25,804 nt of DNA from Candidatus Dormiibacterota bacterium. Its GTDB lineage: Bacteria > Chloroflexota > Dormibacteria > Dormibacterales > Dormibacteraceae. The notes under the pieces are model-generated. The model was not told the DNA's origin. It saw nothing but the letters and a program-made list of their open reading frames with translations, and did not search any database. The DNA is taken from assembly GCA_035260405.1 (NCBI GenBank), contig DATFVI010000111.1:1-25804 (forward strand). The letters are read 5' to 3'. The translations under genes and the position numbers were made by a program. Positions 1 to 7,906 of the stretch are shown in pieces. Positions within the stretch are counted from its first letter, which is position 1. Every line of letters begins with the position of its first letter.

Positions 1-138
1 CGCGTGCAGAAGACGCCGTCCGGGACTTCGTTGGAACAATGGTCACACCGCACCGGCTATCCTCCCGTCCGAGCTGCGGAGATCGATCCGCTCGCTGGGC
101 GGTAAGGATAGGGCGCGGCGCCGCCGTTTAGTACCCGG

Positions 139-657
139 TTAGCGGGCTGGTTCTGCCTCCGCCGGCTGCTTGGGCACCCATCCGCGGATGAAATGGCACG
201 AGTAGTGGCCTGAGTGCTTGTCGAAATAGTGCTGGTGATACTCCTCGGCGGGCCAGAAACGCGCCAGCGGCACGATCTCGGTAACGATCGGCCGGTCGAA
301 ATAGCGCTGCGCCTCCTCCTTCGACTTGAGCGCGGCCTTCTCCTGGTCGGGGTTGTGGAAGAAGATGGCCGACCGGTACTGATGGCCGTGGTCTGGCCCC
401 TGGTAGTTGAGCGTCGTCGGATCGTGCATGTTCCAGAAGGCGTTCAGGAGCTCGTCGTACGAGACCTTGGCCGGGTCGTAGGTGACCTCGACCGCCTCCG
501 CGTGCCCCGTCCGGCCCGAGCAGACCTGCTCGTAGGTCGGGTTGTCGCGATTGCCGCCGGAGTACCCGGAGACCGCGTCGATCACGCCCGGGATCTCGTT
601 GAAAAGGTGCTCTACGCCCCAGAAGCAACCGCCCGCAAAAGTAGCTCTCTCTTCCAT
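139..657 (-). CDS. msrA: Peptide methionine sulfoxide reductase MsrA. The true start is the internal ATG at 657; the upstream part of ORF 139..939 is a spurious extension.
   Basis: Translation contains the MsrA hallmark GCFWG(VE) active-site motif, followed by GYSGG, HAEAVEVTYDP and EEYHQ(H)YFDK. AAGGAGA Shine-Dalgarno sits at 660-666, just 5' of the ATG on the minus strand. Resulting length is 172 aa, typical for MsrA. Confidence 0.85.
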   Translation of the reverse strand: MEERATFAGGCFWGVEHLFNEIPGVIDAVSGYSGGNRDNPTYEQVCSGRTGHAEAVEVTYDPAKVSYDELLNAFWNMHDPTTLNYQGPDHGHQYRSAIFFHNPDQEKAALKSKEEAQRYFDRPIVTEIVPLARFWPAEEYHQHYFDKHSGHYSCHFIRGWVPKQPAEAEPAR

Positions 658-759
658 CTCGTCTCCTTGATGCGCCCTGCGGCGCCCGGCGTTGAATACA
701 GCCTGCGCTGCCTCTACTGTGCCCAAAATCGGCCTTTCGTTACCATCTGGCGCCTCGCG

Positions 760-2061
760 ATGAACGTCCCGCACACGCCGCCACCCAAACGTCGATGGCT
801 CCAGATGGTGACCGTCGATATCACGCCGCTGCGGCGTCACCGCGATTTCCGCCTTTTGTTCATCGGGCAGCTGGTGTCGTTCTTCGGCACCATGATCACG
901 TCCGTCGCCGTCCCGTACCAGGTTTACCAGCTCTCTCACAGCGTCCTGTTCGTCGGCATGCTGGGCCTCGCCGAGCTGGCCGCCATCCTCATATTTGCGC
1001 TGCTCGGAGGTGCGCTCGCCGACGCCGCCGATCGACGATTGATGGTCCTTCTCACGGAAGCGGGTCTCATGGCGGGCAGCCTGGTGCTCGCCGGGAACTC
1101 ACTTCTGGCCCGACCCACGCTCTGGCTGATATTTGCCATCGTCATCGTTCAGGCGTCGATCGACTCTCTGCAGCGACCGTCTCTCGGGGCAATGTTGCCA
1201 AGGCTCGTGGATCGCGACGAGCTGCCCGCCGCCGCGGCCCTGGGCAACGTGAGAGGAACGCTGGGGATGATCGCCGGACCTTCCATCGCGGGGGTGCTGG
1301 TCGCGGTGGCCGGGTTGCCTGCGACGTACGTGATCGACGTGGCGACATTCGTGGTCGGGCTCACCTGTCTCGCACTCATGAAGGAAGTGCCGCCGCCGGC
1401 CGGCGCCGAGCGGCCGGGCCTGCGCCGAGTTGTCGAGGGAATCCGGTATGCCCGCAGCCGCCCTGAGCTGATCGGCACGTACGTGGTCGACATCGTGGCG
1501 ATGCTCTTTGGCATGCCGATGGCCCTGTTCCCGGCGATCGCCCAGACTCTCGGCGGTCCCAGCGTGCTCGGTTTTCTTTACGCCGCGCCATCGGTGGGGG
1601 CGTTCGCGTTTGCGGCCACGAGTGGATGGACGCGAAGGGTCCACCGTCACGGCATGGGAGTGATCGTCGCAGCGACGGTTTGGGGACTTGCGATCATCGG
1701 TTTCGGAGTCGTCCCGGGCCTGGTGGCCGCCCTCGTATTCCTGGCGCTGGCCGGCGCGGCTGACTCCATGAGCGGAGTGTTCCGGCAGACGATCTGGAAC
1801 CAGACCATCCCCGACTCGTTGCGCGGGCGCCTGGCCTCGATCGAGCTGCTGAGCTACTCCGTCGGGCCAACGCTGGGCAATTTCGAGGCCGGCGTGGTGG
1901 CCTCGCTGACCAGCATCCGATTCTCGATCGTTTCCGGTGGCGTCCTGTGCGTCGCGGGTTGCGTGTTGTGCGCGCTGGCCTTGCCGGCCTTCCGCAGCTA
2001 CGACGCTCGGCGCTACCATCAGGCGCCAGATCCTCCTACCAAACCCGTCAAGCCGGAGTAG
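760..2061 (+). CDS. MFS-family transporter (12-TM, EntS/MFS_3-like efflux type). The first ATG not overlapping msrA was chosen; 805 is an alternative start.
   Basis: Long hydrophobic ORF with about 12 predicted TM segments. Charged loop motifs are typical of MFS (e.g. LADAADRR after TM2). The N-terminal 180 codons of ORF 214..2061 are antisense to msrA and rejected. No clear SD. Confidence 0.75.
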   Translation: MNVPHTPPPKRRWLQMVTVDITPLRRHRDFRLLFIGQLVSFFGTMITSVAVPYQVYQLSHSVLFVGMLGLAELAAILIFALLGGALADAADRRLMVLLTEAGLMAGSLVLAGNSLLARPTLWLIFAIVIVQASIDSLQRPSLGAMLPRLVDRDELPAAAALGNVRGTLGMIAGPSIAGVLVAVAGLPATYVIDVATFVVGLTCLALMKEVPPPAGAERPGLRRVVEGIRYARSRPELIGTYVVDIVAMLFGMPMALFPAIAQTLGGPSVLGFLYAAPSVGAFAFAATSGWTRRVHRHGMGVIVAATVWGLAIIGFGVVPGLVAALVFLALAGAADSMSGVFRQTIWNQTIPDSLRGRLASIELLSYSVGPTLGNFEAGVVASLTSIRFSIVSGGVLCVAGCVLCALALPAFRSYDARRYHQAPDPPTKPVKPE

Positions 2062-2063
2062 CA

Positions 2064-2582
2064 ATGAGCTCAGAACAGTTGTTGATCGGGCTGGCAGCTG
2101 TGGTGCTGGCGCTGTGGGCCGCAGTGTTCGCGACGCGTGCGGACATGGCCTCCCGCCGGGCCATCAAGGCTGCCGATGCCAGGTGGGAGGCCACCACGCG
2201 GCCTGTGCCGCACCTCACCTTCATCGGCTCGCCGGCTGCCGGCCAGCCGATCGAGCTCGAGGTGGAGAACCTGGGCGGAACGCTGACGGCGGGCGGTGTG
2301 ATCGTCCAGGCATCGGACGACCTCTACGCCGGTGAGCTGACCTTGCCGGAGAAGGCGCCGCCGCGCCGGATCGTGCTCCAGCCCGCGATGAAGGCCTGGC
2401 AGCGCAGCCTGGAGCCGCGCTGCCTCCTGCTGGTCGCCCGCGATGTCAGCGGCAGGACCTGGGATTGCGTCGACGGCAACAAGCCCATCAAGGACCCACG
2501 GAAGTGGCTCTCCGGCCAGCTCAAGGAGCTCCGGCTTCAAGGCGTCGTGGACTTTCCGGGATTGACCGGTCCGGCGCGTTAA
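2064..2582 (+). CDS. Hypothetical signal-anchored protein (N-terminal TM helix plus ~140 aa soluble domain); probably co-transcribed with the MFS gene.
   Basis: The ATG lies 2 nt after the MFS stop, with GGAG 6 nt upstream. Very high GC3 (~85%) in this frame. One N-terminal TM helix (LLIGLAAVVLALWAAVF). No recognisable family. Confidence 0.65.
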   Translation: MSSEQLLIGLAAVVLALWAAVFATRADMASRRAIKAADARWEATTRPVPHLTFIGSPAAGQPIELEVENLGGTLTAGGVIVQASDDLYAGELTLPEKAPPRRIVLQPAMKAWQRSLEPRCLLLVARDVSGRTWDCVDGNKPIKDPRKWLSGQLKELRLQGVVDFPGLTGPAR

Positions 2583-2592
2583 AGACTGTGAC

Positions 2593-3030
2593 CTAGTGCT
2601 CTAGGTCCAGCCGCGCGTTGAGCTTCAGGGCGACGTTGCCGTGCAGCGCCTTGGAGATCGGGCAACCTTCCTTGGCCGCTTCTGCCTCCTTCTGAAACTC
2701 GGCGGCATCGATGCCGTGAATGTGGCCGACCGTCGTCAGGGTGATCGTCGTGATGCCTGTGCCAGGCACGAACTCCACCTCGGCGGTGGTGTTGAGGCGC
2801 TCGACCTTGTGGCCGGCCTTGCTCAACCCGTTGGAGAAGGCCATCGAGTAGCACGCCGCGTGCGCGGCGGCGAGAAGCTCCTCCGGGCTGGTGCCACCGT
2901 GGTGGCGCTCCGCGCGGGCTGCCCAGGTGACCGGGAACTCATCGAACGTGCCGCTGGCCACCTTGACCCGCCCCTTGCCCGTGGGCAGGTCGCCCTCCCA
3001 AACCGCATCCGCACGACTCACTGCCGCCAT
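2593..3030 (-). CDS. OsmC/Ohr family peroxiredoxin-like protein.
   Basis: 145-aa product with OsmC-family features (two conserved Cys, ...HAACYS..., C-terminal ...EGCPIS... region). Start ATG at 3030 preceded by GGGGTGAAG. The longer ORF to 3387 is an unsupported extension. Confidence 0.8.
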   Translation of the reverse strand: MAAVSRADAVWEGDLPTGKGRVKVASGTFDEFPVTWAARAERHHGGTSPEELLAAAHAACYSMAFSNGLSKAGHKVERLNTTAEVEFVPGTGITTITLTTVGHIHGIDAAEFQKEAEAAKEGCPISKALHGNVALKLNARLDLEH

Positions 3031-3195
3031 GGACTTCACCCCCAAATGAGAAAAACGGGCAATCTGCCGTTCGCCCAAAAGTACTACTTCCCAAACCCCG
3101 GAATTCCAGAGGCGGTCGGCCCGAGAGGGACCCCTTACAACTCTTAACGAGTTATTTGAGTATGTCCGCGAACCTGAGCCTAGGCTGACGTCCTC

Positions 3196-4083
3196 ATGAT
3201 CGGCGCAAACCCTACGTTGCAGCCACCCCAGATCTCGCCGGACGGCAAGTGGATCTGGGACGGGCAAAATTGGCAGCCCCTCCCCGAGACCACGTGGGAA
3301 CCGGCCGCCGAGGCCGTCATTCCAGAGGCGGTCGCTGTGACGGCTCCGACCAAGTCCTGGGTTCAGCCCGGACCACCCGAGGTACACCCACGGCCCGCAA
3401 TTGCCAGGAACCCCGTGGCGAATTCACCCGCGGCCAGTTACCCCGCGGCGAGTTACCCCGCGGCGAACTATCCCGTGGTCGATCCACCGGTCACACCTCT
3501 GTGGGCGGAGCCCGCGGGGTCCAACCGCACCATCTACATGTACGCCGGGACGGCGGCGGTGCTGCTGGTCATGCTCATGATGGTCTTGAACTCGACGAAC
3601 GTGATCCAGCTGCCGTGGCCGGGCAGCGCATCGAGCGCCGCCGGGTCGACGATTCAACCCTCGCCCACCCCGAAGACCTCGGATTACGCGCGAGCGGATC
3701 GTTTCTTGAACGTCTTCCTCACGCCCGCGCTTCCCAGCATCGGCCATACCTTGCCCGCGCTGGAGTCAGCCTGTACCGGCACCCTGTCGAACGGCTGCCT
3801 CACGGCGCTCAACACAGCCAGGCAGCAGATGACCGACATCCTTTCGACGATCGATCACGGGGACGTCCCGCCCTGTATCGCAGCCGGCGCCAAGGCGACA
3901 CGATTCGACCTCCAGAGCATGGCCGACGGTCTCGACTTGTCCCTCAACGGTTACCAGGACAACAGTGGCGCGGAGATCTACCAGGGCATCAACCGATTCG
4001 CCTACTTCGGCCGCTCACTCAAGCCGGACGCCGCCGCCATCAATGTCCAGAAGGCGCACTGCAGCAAGGTGCTCCCCTCGTGA
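3196..4083 (+). CDS. Membrane protein of unknown function, paralog A. N-terminal 'SPDGKWIWDGxxW' (DUF2510-like) cytoplasmic module, Pro-rich linker, one TM helix, and a ~150 aa 4-Cys extracytoplasmic domain ending C-x-KVLPS.
   Basis: ORF with high GC3 and a single TM (TAAVLLVMLMMVL). Aligns over its whole length with the downstream gene, including both N-termini (M-x5-PPQ[IV]SPDGKWIWDG), which supports both start codons. Confidence 0.7.
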   Translation: MIGANPTLQPPQISPDGKWIWDGQNWQPLPETTWEPAAEAVIPEAVAVTAPTKSWVQPGPPEVHPRPAIARNPVANSPAASYPAASYPAANYPVVDPPVTPLWAEPAGSNRTIYMYAGTAAVLLVMLMMVLNSTNVIQLPWPGSASSAAGSTIQPSPTPKTSDYARADRFLNVFLTPALPSIGHTLPALESACTGTLSNGCLTALNTARQQMTDILSTIDHGDVPPCIAAGAKATRFDLQSMADGLDLSLNGYQDNSGAEIYQGINRFAYFGRSLKPDAAAINVQKAHCSKVLPS

Positions 4084-4093
4084 TGATCGCCCC

Positions 4094-4867
4094 ATGAGCG
4101 TCGGACTCGGCCCTCCGCAGGTTTCGCCAGACGGGAAGTGGATCTGGGACGGCCACAAGTGGCTGCCGATCCCGCCGGCGGAGGCCGGCGAGCCTGCCGC
4201 GGCGATTGGTTACCCGGCGCCCGCACCCGAGCCGGTGGCGGCCGTCTATTCGCCCGCCGAGATGAACCCGCCGCTGTGGCAGCAGCCGGCCGCTCCGACT
4301 CAGCTGAGCCCCTACCGGATCGGGGCGGCCGGTGCGGTGGTCTTGCTCCTCATCGTGGTGGGGCTGAACGCGACCGGCATCATCTCGATCCCCTGGCCCT
4401 GGATACCAGCGGGCCCCACGGTGACCATGATTCACGCGTCGCCGAGACCGATCGTCTCGGATTACGTGCTGGCCGATCGCTTCCTGAACCTGGAGGTCGG
4501 ACCGGCGATCGTCAGCCTGGCCAACACTCTGCCACCGGTGCAGGCTTCCTGCGCTCCGGCGACGAACCTGTCAACTGCCTGCCACAACGCGATCAACGCG
4601 ACCAACACGCAGATGCTCAACATCCTGTCCGTGATCGACCATGCGGGCATCCCAAACTGCATCGCGGTCGGCACCAAGGCGCTGCGGAACGACCTCCAGG
4701 GCATGTCCGGCGGTATTGGCGTTGCGCTTCACGGGTTTCAGGACAACAGCAGCGACGAGGTCAACACCGGGATCGTTCATTTCGCGATCGTCGCCCAATC
4801 GCTGCAGGCGGACGCGAACATGATCAACGCCGAGGTGCCAACGTGCCCCAAGGTTCTCCCCTCCTAG
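4094..4867 (+). CDS. Membrane protein of unknown function, paralog B (tandem duplicate of 3196..4083).
   Basis: Starts 10 nt after the paralog A stop. Same architecture and roughly 40-45% identity by eye (SDY..ADRFLN, STIDH..P.CIA.G.KA, GYQDNS, C.KVLPS* conserved, 4 Cys at equivalent positions). Confidence 0.7.
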   Translation: MSVGLGPPQVSPDGKWIWDGHKWLPIPPAEAGEPAAAIGYPAPAPEPVAAVYSPAEMNPPLWQQPAAPTQLSPYRIGAAGAVVLLLIVVGLNATGIISIPWPWIPAGPTVTMIHASPRPIVSDYVLADRFLNLEVGPAIVSLANTLPPVQASCAPATNLSTACHNAINATNTQMLNILSVIDHAGIPNCIAVGTKALRNDLQGMSGGIGVALHGFQDNSSDEVNTGIVHFAIVAQSLQADANMINAEVPTCPKVLPS

Positions 4868-4905
4868 AGCGCGCCTCTACGCACGGCCTCTAGCGGCTGG
4901 GGTGG

Positions 4906-4933
4906 GCGCGTGGCGGAAGCCGCCGCCACGCGC
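4906..4933. terminator. GC-rich hairpin between convergent genes (paralog B, plus strand / flotillin, minus strand): 11-bp perfect stem GCGCGTGGCGG / CCGCCACGCGC, 6-nt loop, no T tract.
   Basis: Perfect inverted repeat seen directly; it sits in the 77-bp convergent gap 4868-4944. Confidence 0.35.
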
Positions 4934-4944
4934 TGCCCGACACG

Positions 4945-6948
4945 TCATGAATCCGCGCGCTTGCCCTCCGCCGCGGGCTTGGCCACCTCGGCCCCGTTCG
5001 AGCCGTGGTTGCCGTTCAGGGTGCGCATGAAGGTGGCCGCGAGGCCCTCGATCGCGCCGCCGCCTCCGGTCACCAGGACCTCCGGCACGACCGTGATCTT
5101 GCCCTCCGAAACCGCGTTCGCGATGGCGACGGCCGCCGTGGGCCCCGCCCCGAGGCTGCGGATCTGGGCTTCGTAACCCTTCGCCCTGGCCAGGCCGAGG
5201 GCCTGGGTCGCTGCGGCATCGCCAAGACCGATGGCCCGCCTGCGCGAACCCTCGGCGGCTCCGGTCAGCTCTACGAAAGCCGCCTCGCCGTCGGCCTCCG
5301 CCTTGCGGGCGTCGGCTCGGGCACGATTGATGTCGACTGAAACCTGCGCCTGGGCGAGCGCGGCCTGCATGTCGGCCGTCCCGCGGGCCTTCTCGAGGTC
5401 GATGCGGATCGTCTGCGCATCCTTCTGCTGCTCGTAGGTCGCTTTTTCCTGATTGGCGATCTCCCGGCGCGTGAGCACACCGACGAGTTCCTCAGGGAAT
5501 GTCACGTCCTGGATGTACACGCCACGAGTTTCCACCTCGTAAGCCGCGAGGTAGCGCGAGATCGCCTCCATCGCGGCCGCCTGCACCGAGTCGCGGGTCT
5601 CGATGAAGCGGACGGCCTCGAGGCCTTGGAGCGTGTTTCGGAAGTGGTTGCCGACGGCGGCCTGGAGCACCTCGTTCACGAGGTTCTGCATCGAACCGAC
5701 CATCGAGATCACCTTGGGCGCCTTCGTGTCGGGCACGTGGATCTGGACCTGCAGGTCGATCGTGAAGATGAAGCCCTCGCGGCTCTTGCCTTCGATCGGG
5801 CTCAGCTGCGCGTCCAGGTTGTGGGCCACGGAGCTCGCCTCGGCCCAGTTCAACGTCAGGATGAACGTCGGAACCTTCTCAGCCGCGTAGATCCGCGGGT
5901 TCAACGGGTACTTACCCGTTCTCAGCGCCTCGCGCCAGATGCCGCGATGGCCCGGTTGAACGATCGAGCCGAACTTGAATTCCGGACCCGATGTATCGAG
6001 GGTGGGGAGCCCTACGTAGCTCTTGATCACCGCGACCTCGCCCTGGTTGACAACCAGCATCCGAGCGGGTTCGACCCGAACCAGGAACGGGTTGAGCAGG
6101 TAGGCGCCGTACAGCAGGGGATCGTGCTGAAGGCCGATCCGGCCGCCGCTGTCCAGGAAGGCCTGGAAGTCCTGGTAGTTGTTGTGAAGGCCGTTCTTGG
6201 CGCCCAGCAGCCTCTCGATCAGCTCCGAGTCACTCACGCTCGCTTCCTTCTCGAGCGCCTCGATGTCTGCGAAACCACCGATCCGGCCGGCTATGTCGGC
6301 CGGCGGCAGCGGCGCACCGTCCAGGGTGGTCACGATTCCAACAAGGTCCTGATCTCCCTCAGGCGCGATGACGGTTACCTTCAGCTGCTTTGGCAGCAGG
6401 CCAAAGGACTCAGCGTTCAGAGGGCCGCGCACGAGCAGCTGCCTATCGATCGGCAGGCCGTACGCCTTGCTGGCCGTGATGACCAGGAACGCGACGGGAT
6501 GGACCGGGATCAACGTACCCGGAGGCAGCACCGGCCGCTGAACACCTTTCTCTCCGCCGTTGTCGAGAAACGCGCGCAGGTCGGAGAAGTTGCCGAACTC
6601 TGGCCGGTACGCAGCCGACTTCGCGCCAGTCGCCAGGGGCTTGCCAATCTGCGAGATGACGACGCCGATCTCGCCGGCCGGAACCTGGACCCACGGGTAC
6701 TTTGCAACCGAATATGTCGGCCAGAGCTTGAACCGCACGCCCGGCATCAGAAGGTCTGACTGGTAGCCGGCCTCGCCGGCGAATGCAACCGGGTCGTCCG
6801 TCGCGTTGTGACGGGACGAAAGCCTCCTGGTGACCAGCCCGACCTGCGCGGGCCCGATCACGATGAACGACCTGGCAACCGCGAGCAAAACAACCAGGGC
6901 CAGGACCGTCACTGCAACATCGAAAACCAACACCAAAAAGGCGCTCAT
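4945..6948 (-). CDS. Flotillin-like SPFH/band-7 protein (YqiK/FloA-like), long form of 667 aa.
   Basis: N-terminal TM anchor, then an SPFH domain and an extended Ala/Glu/Gln-rich coiled-coil region typical of flotillins (e.g. ...VLTRREIANQEKATYEQQKDAQ...). High GC3. Confidence 0.85.
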   Translation of the reverse strand: MSAFLVLVFDVAVTVLALVVLLAVARSFIVIGPAQVGLVTRRLSSRHNATDDPVAFAGEAGYQSDLLMPGVRFKLWPTYSVAKYPWVQVPAGEIGVVISQIGKPLATGAKSAAYRPEFGNFSDLRAFLDNGGEKGVQRPVLPPGTLIPVHPVAFLVITASKAYGLPIDRQLLVRGPLNAESFGLLPKQLKVTVIAPEGDQDLVGIVTTLDGAPLPPADIAGRIGGFADIEALEKEASVSDSELIERLLGAKNGLHNNYQDFQAFLDSGGRIGLQHDPLLYGAYLLNPFLVRVEPARMLVVNQGEVAVIKSYVGLPTLDTSGPEFKFGSIVQPGHRGIWREALRTGKYPLNPRIYAAEKVPTFILTLNWAEASSVAHNLDAQLSPIEGKSREGFIFTIDLQVQIHVPDTKAPKVISMVGSMQNLVNEVLQAAVGNHFRNTLQGLEAVRFIETRDSVQAAAMEAISRYLAAYEVETRGVYIQDVTFPEELVGVLTRREIANQEKATYEQQKDAQTIRIDLEKARGTADMQAALAQAQVSVDINRARADARKAEADGEAAFVELTGAAEGSRRRAIGLGDAAATQALGLARAKGYEAQIRSLGAGPTAAVAIANAVSEGKITVVPEVLVTGGGGAIEGLAATFMRTLNGNHGSNGAEVAKPAAEGKRADS

Positions 6949-7138
6949 TTCCGTGCCTCGATTGGGCTTCTATCAGCCCATTGAAAGGCCGGGTCGAATA
7001 GGCCCGGTCGATCAATTGTTTATTCCCGGAAGCGGCTCAGATCAAGCAAAAATCGACAGGGTTGCGCGTTTCCTTGATACGCACTGCCGACAATGCCACT
7101 AACGTCGTTATGACCTTCATGGAGCTGTCCCACCCGCA

Positions 7139-7906
7139 ATGAGTGCCTACGCCGCCGGCTTCCGCTCGTGGGCTTCGCGCGCCTCCGGCATGCGCAACGT
7201 CAGGATCGCGGGCGTCGCGATCCTGGTCTCCGCCGCCATCGTCGTATCGGCGATCCTGCAGGGCGACGTTCCGGACGTTGTGGAGTGGGGTGTGTTCTGG
7301 ATGAGGCACATCCTCCATCGCTACACCTACCTCGCCAGCTACGGCCTTCTCTATATCGAAGAGTCGGGGATCCCGCTGCCGGCGCCGGGCGACGTATTCG
7401 TGATGTACGTCGGCGCGCACGTTCCCCGCCACCTCGCCGCGTGGCTGACCGCCTGGCTTGGCCTCATCGGCGTGGTCGTGCTCGGCGCGACGAACCTGTT
7501 TTTCATCTCGAAGCGCTACGGCCGCCGGCTCGCCGAGGGCCGCCTGGGCGAAGTGGTCCATCTCAACTCTGAGCGGCTGGCCAGGGCCGAACGCTGGTTC
7601 AAGCGCTACGGCGTGTTCGCGATCATCTTCGGCCGGCACATCCCAGGTTTCAGGGTGCCGATCACTGTGGCGGCCGGCGTTTTGAGAGTGAGGTACCCGG
7701 TGTTCGCGGCCAGCGTGGCGGTGTCGACCGCGATCTGGGCCGGCATCGTCATGGTCATCGGGATCAAGTACGGCCCCCGCATGGAAGCCTTCCTGAACGT
7801 CCACCGCGTGACGTACTGGATCTGGGCGGGCGTGGTGCTGGTGATGATCGGCGTGATCGTGTACCGCGTCCAGCAGGCTACTCCCGCCAATCGGCGGTCG
7901 GCCTAA
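7139..7906 (+). CDS. DedA/VTT-domain (SNARE-associated) family inner-membrane protein.
   Basis: DedA signature YGLLYIEESGIPLPAPGDVFVMYVG followed by ...YGVFAIIFGRHIPGFR... and multiple TM helices. Divergent from the flotillin gene. An in-frame ATG at 7190 is an alternative start. Confidence 0.8.
   Translation: MSAYAAGFRSWASRASGMRNVRIAGVAILVSAAIVVSAILQGDVPDVVEWGVFWMRHILHRYTYLASYGLLYIEESGIPLPAPGDVFVMYVGAHVPRHLAAWLTAWLGLIGVVVLGATNLFFISKRYGRRLAEGRLGEVVHLNSERLARAERWFKRYGVFAIIFGRHIPGFRVPITVAAGVLRVRYPVFAASVAVSTAIWAGIVMVIGIKYGPRMEAFLNVHRVTYWIWAGVVLVMIGVIVYRVQQATPANRRSA

Noticed and set aside
1-102. Possible 3' end of a plus-strand gene entering the window (open frame ending in TAA at 100-102)
   Set aside because: Too short to assess: only 33 codons, moderate GC3, no motif. 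It is left unannotated.
214-759. 5' part of ORF 214..2061, which would be a 180-aa N-terminal extension of the MFS transporter
   Set aside because: It is antisense to the well-supported msrA gene and has non-membrane, low-complexity composition. The MFS domain itself begins after an in-frame ATG at 760.
1099-2064. 321-aa minus-strand ORF antisense to the MFS gene
   Set aside because: Arg/His/Asp-rich, non-protein-like composition, as is typical of antisense frames in high-GC DNA. The plus-strand frame has a clear 12-TM profile.
5626-6759. 377-aa plus-strand ORF inside the flotillin gene
   Set aside because: Antisense to a strongly supported SPFH gene; Arg/Asp/Leu-rich shadow-ORF composition.
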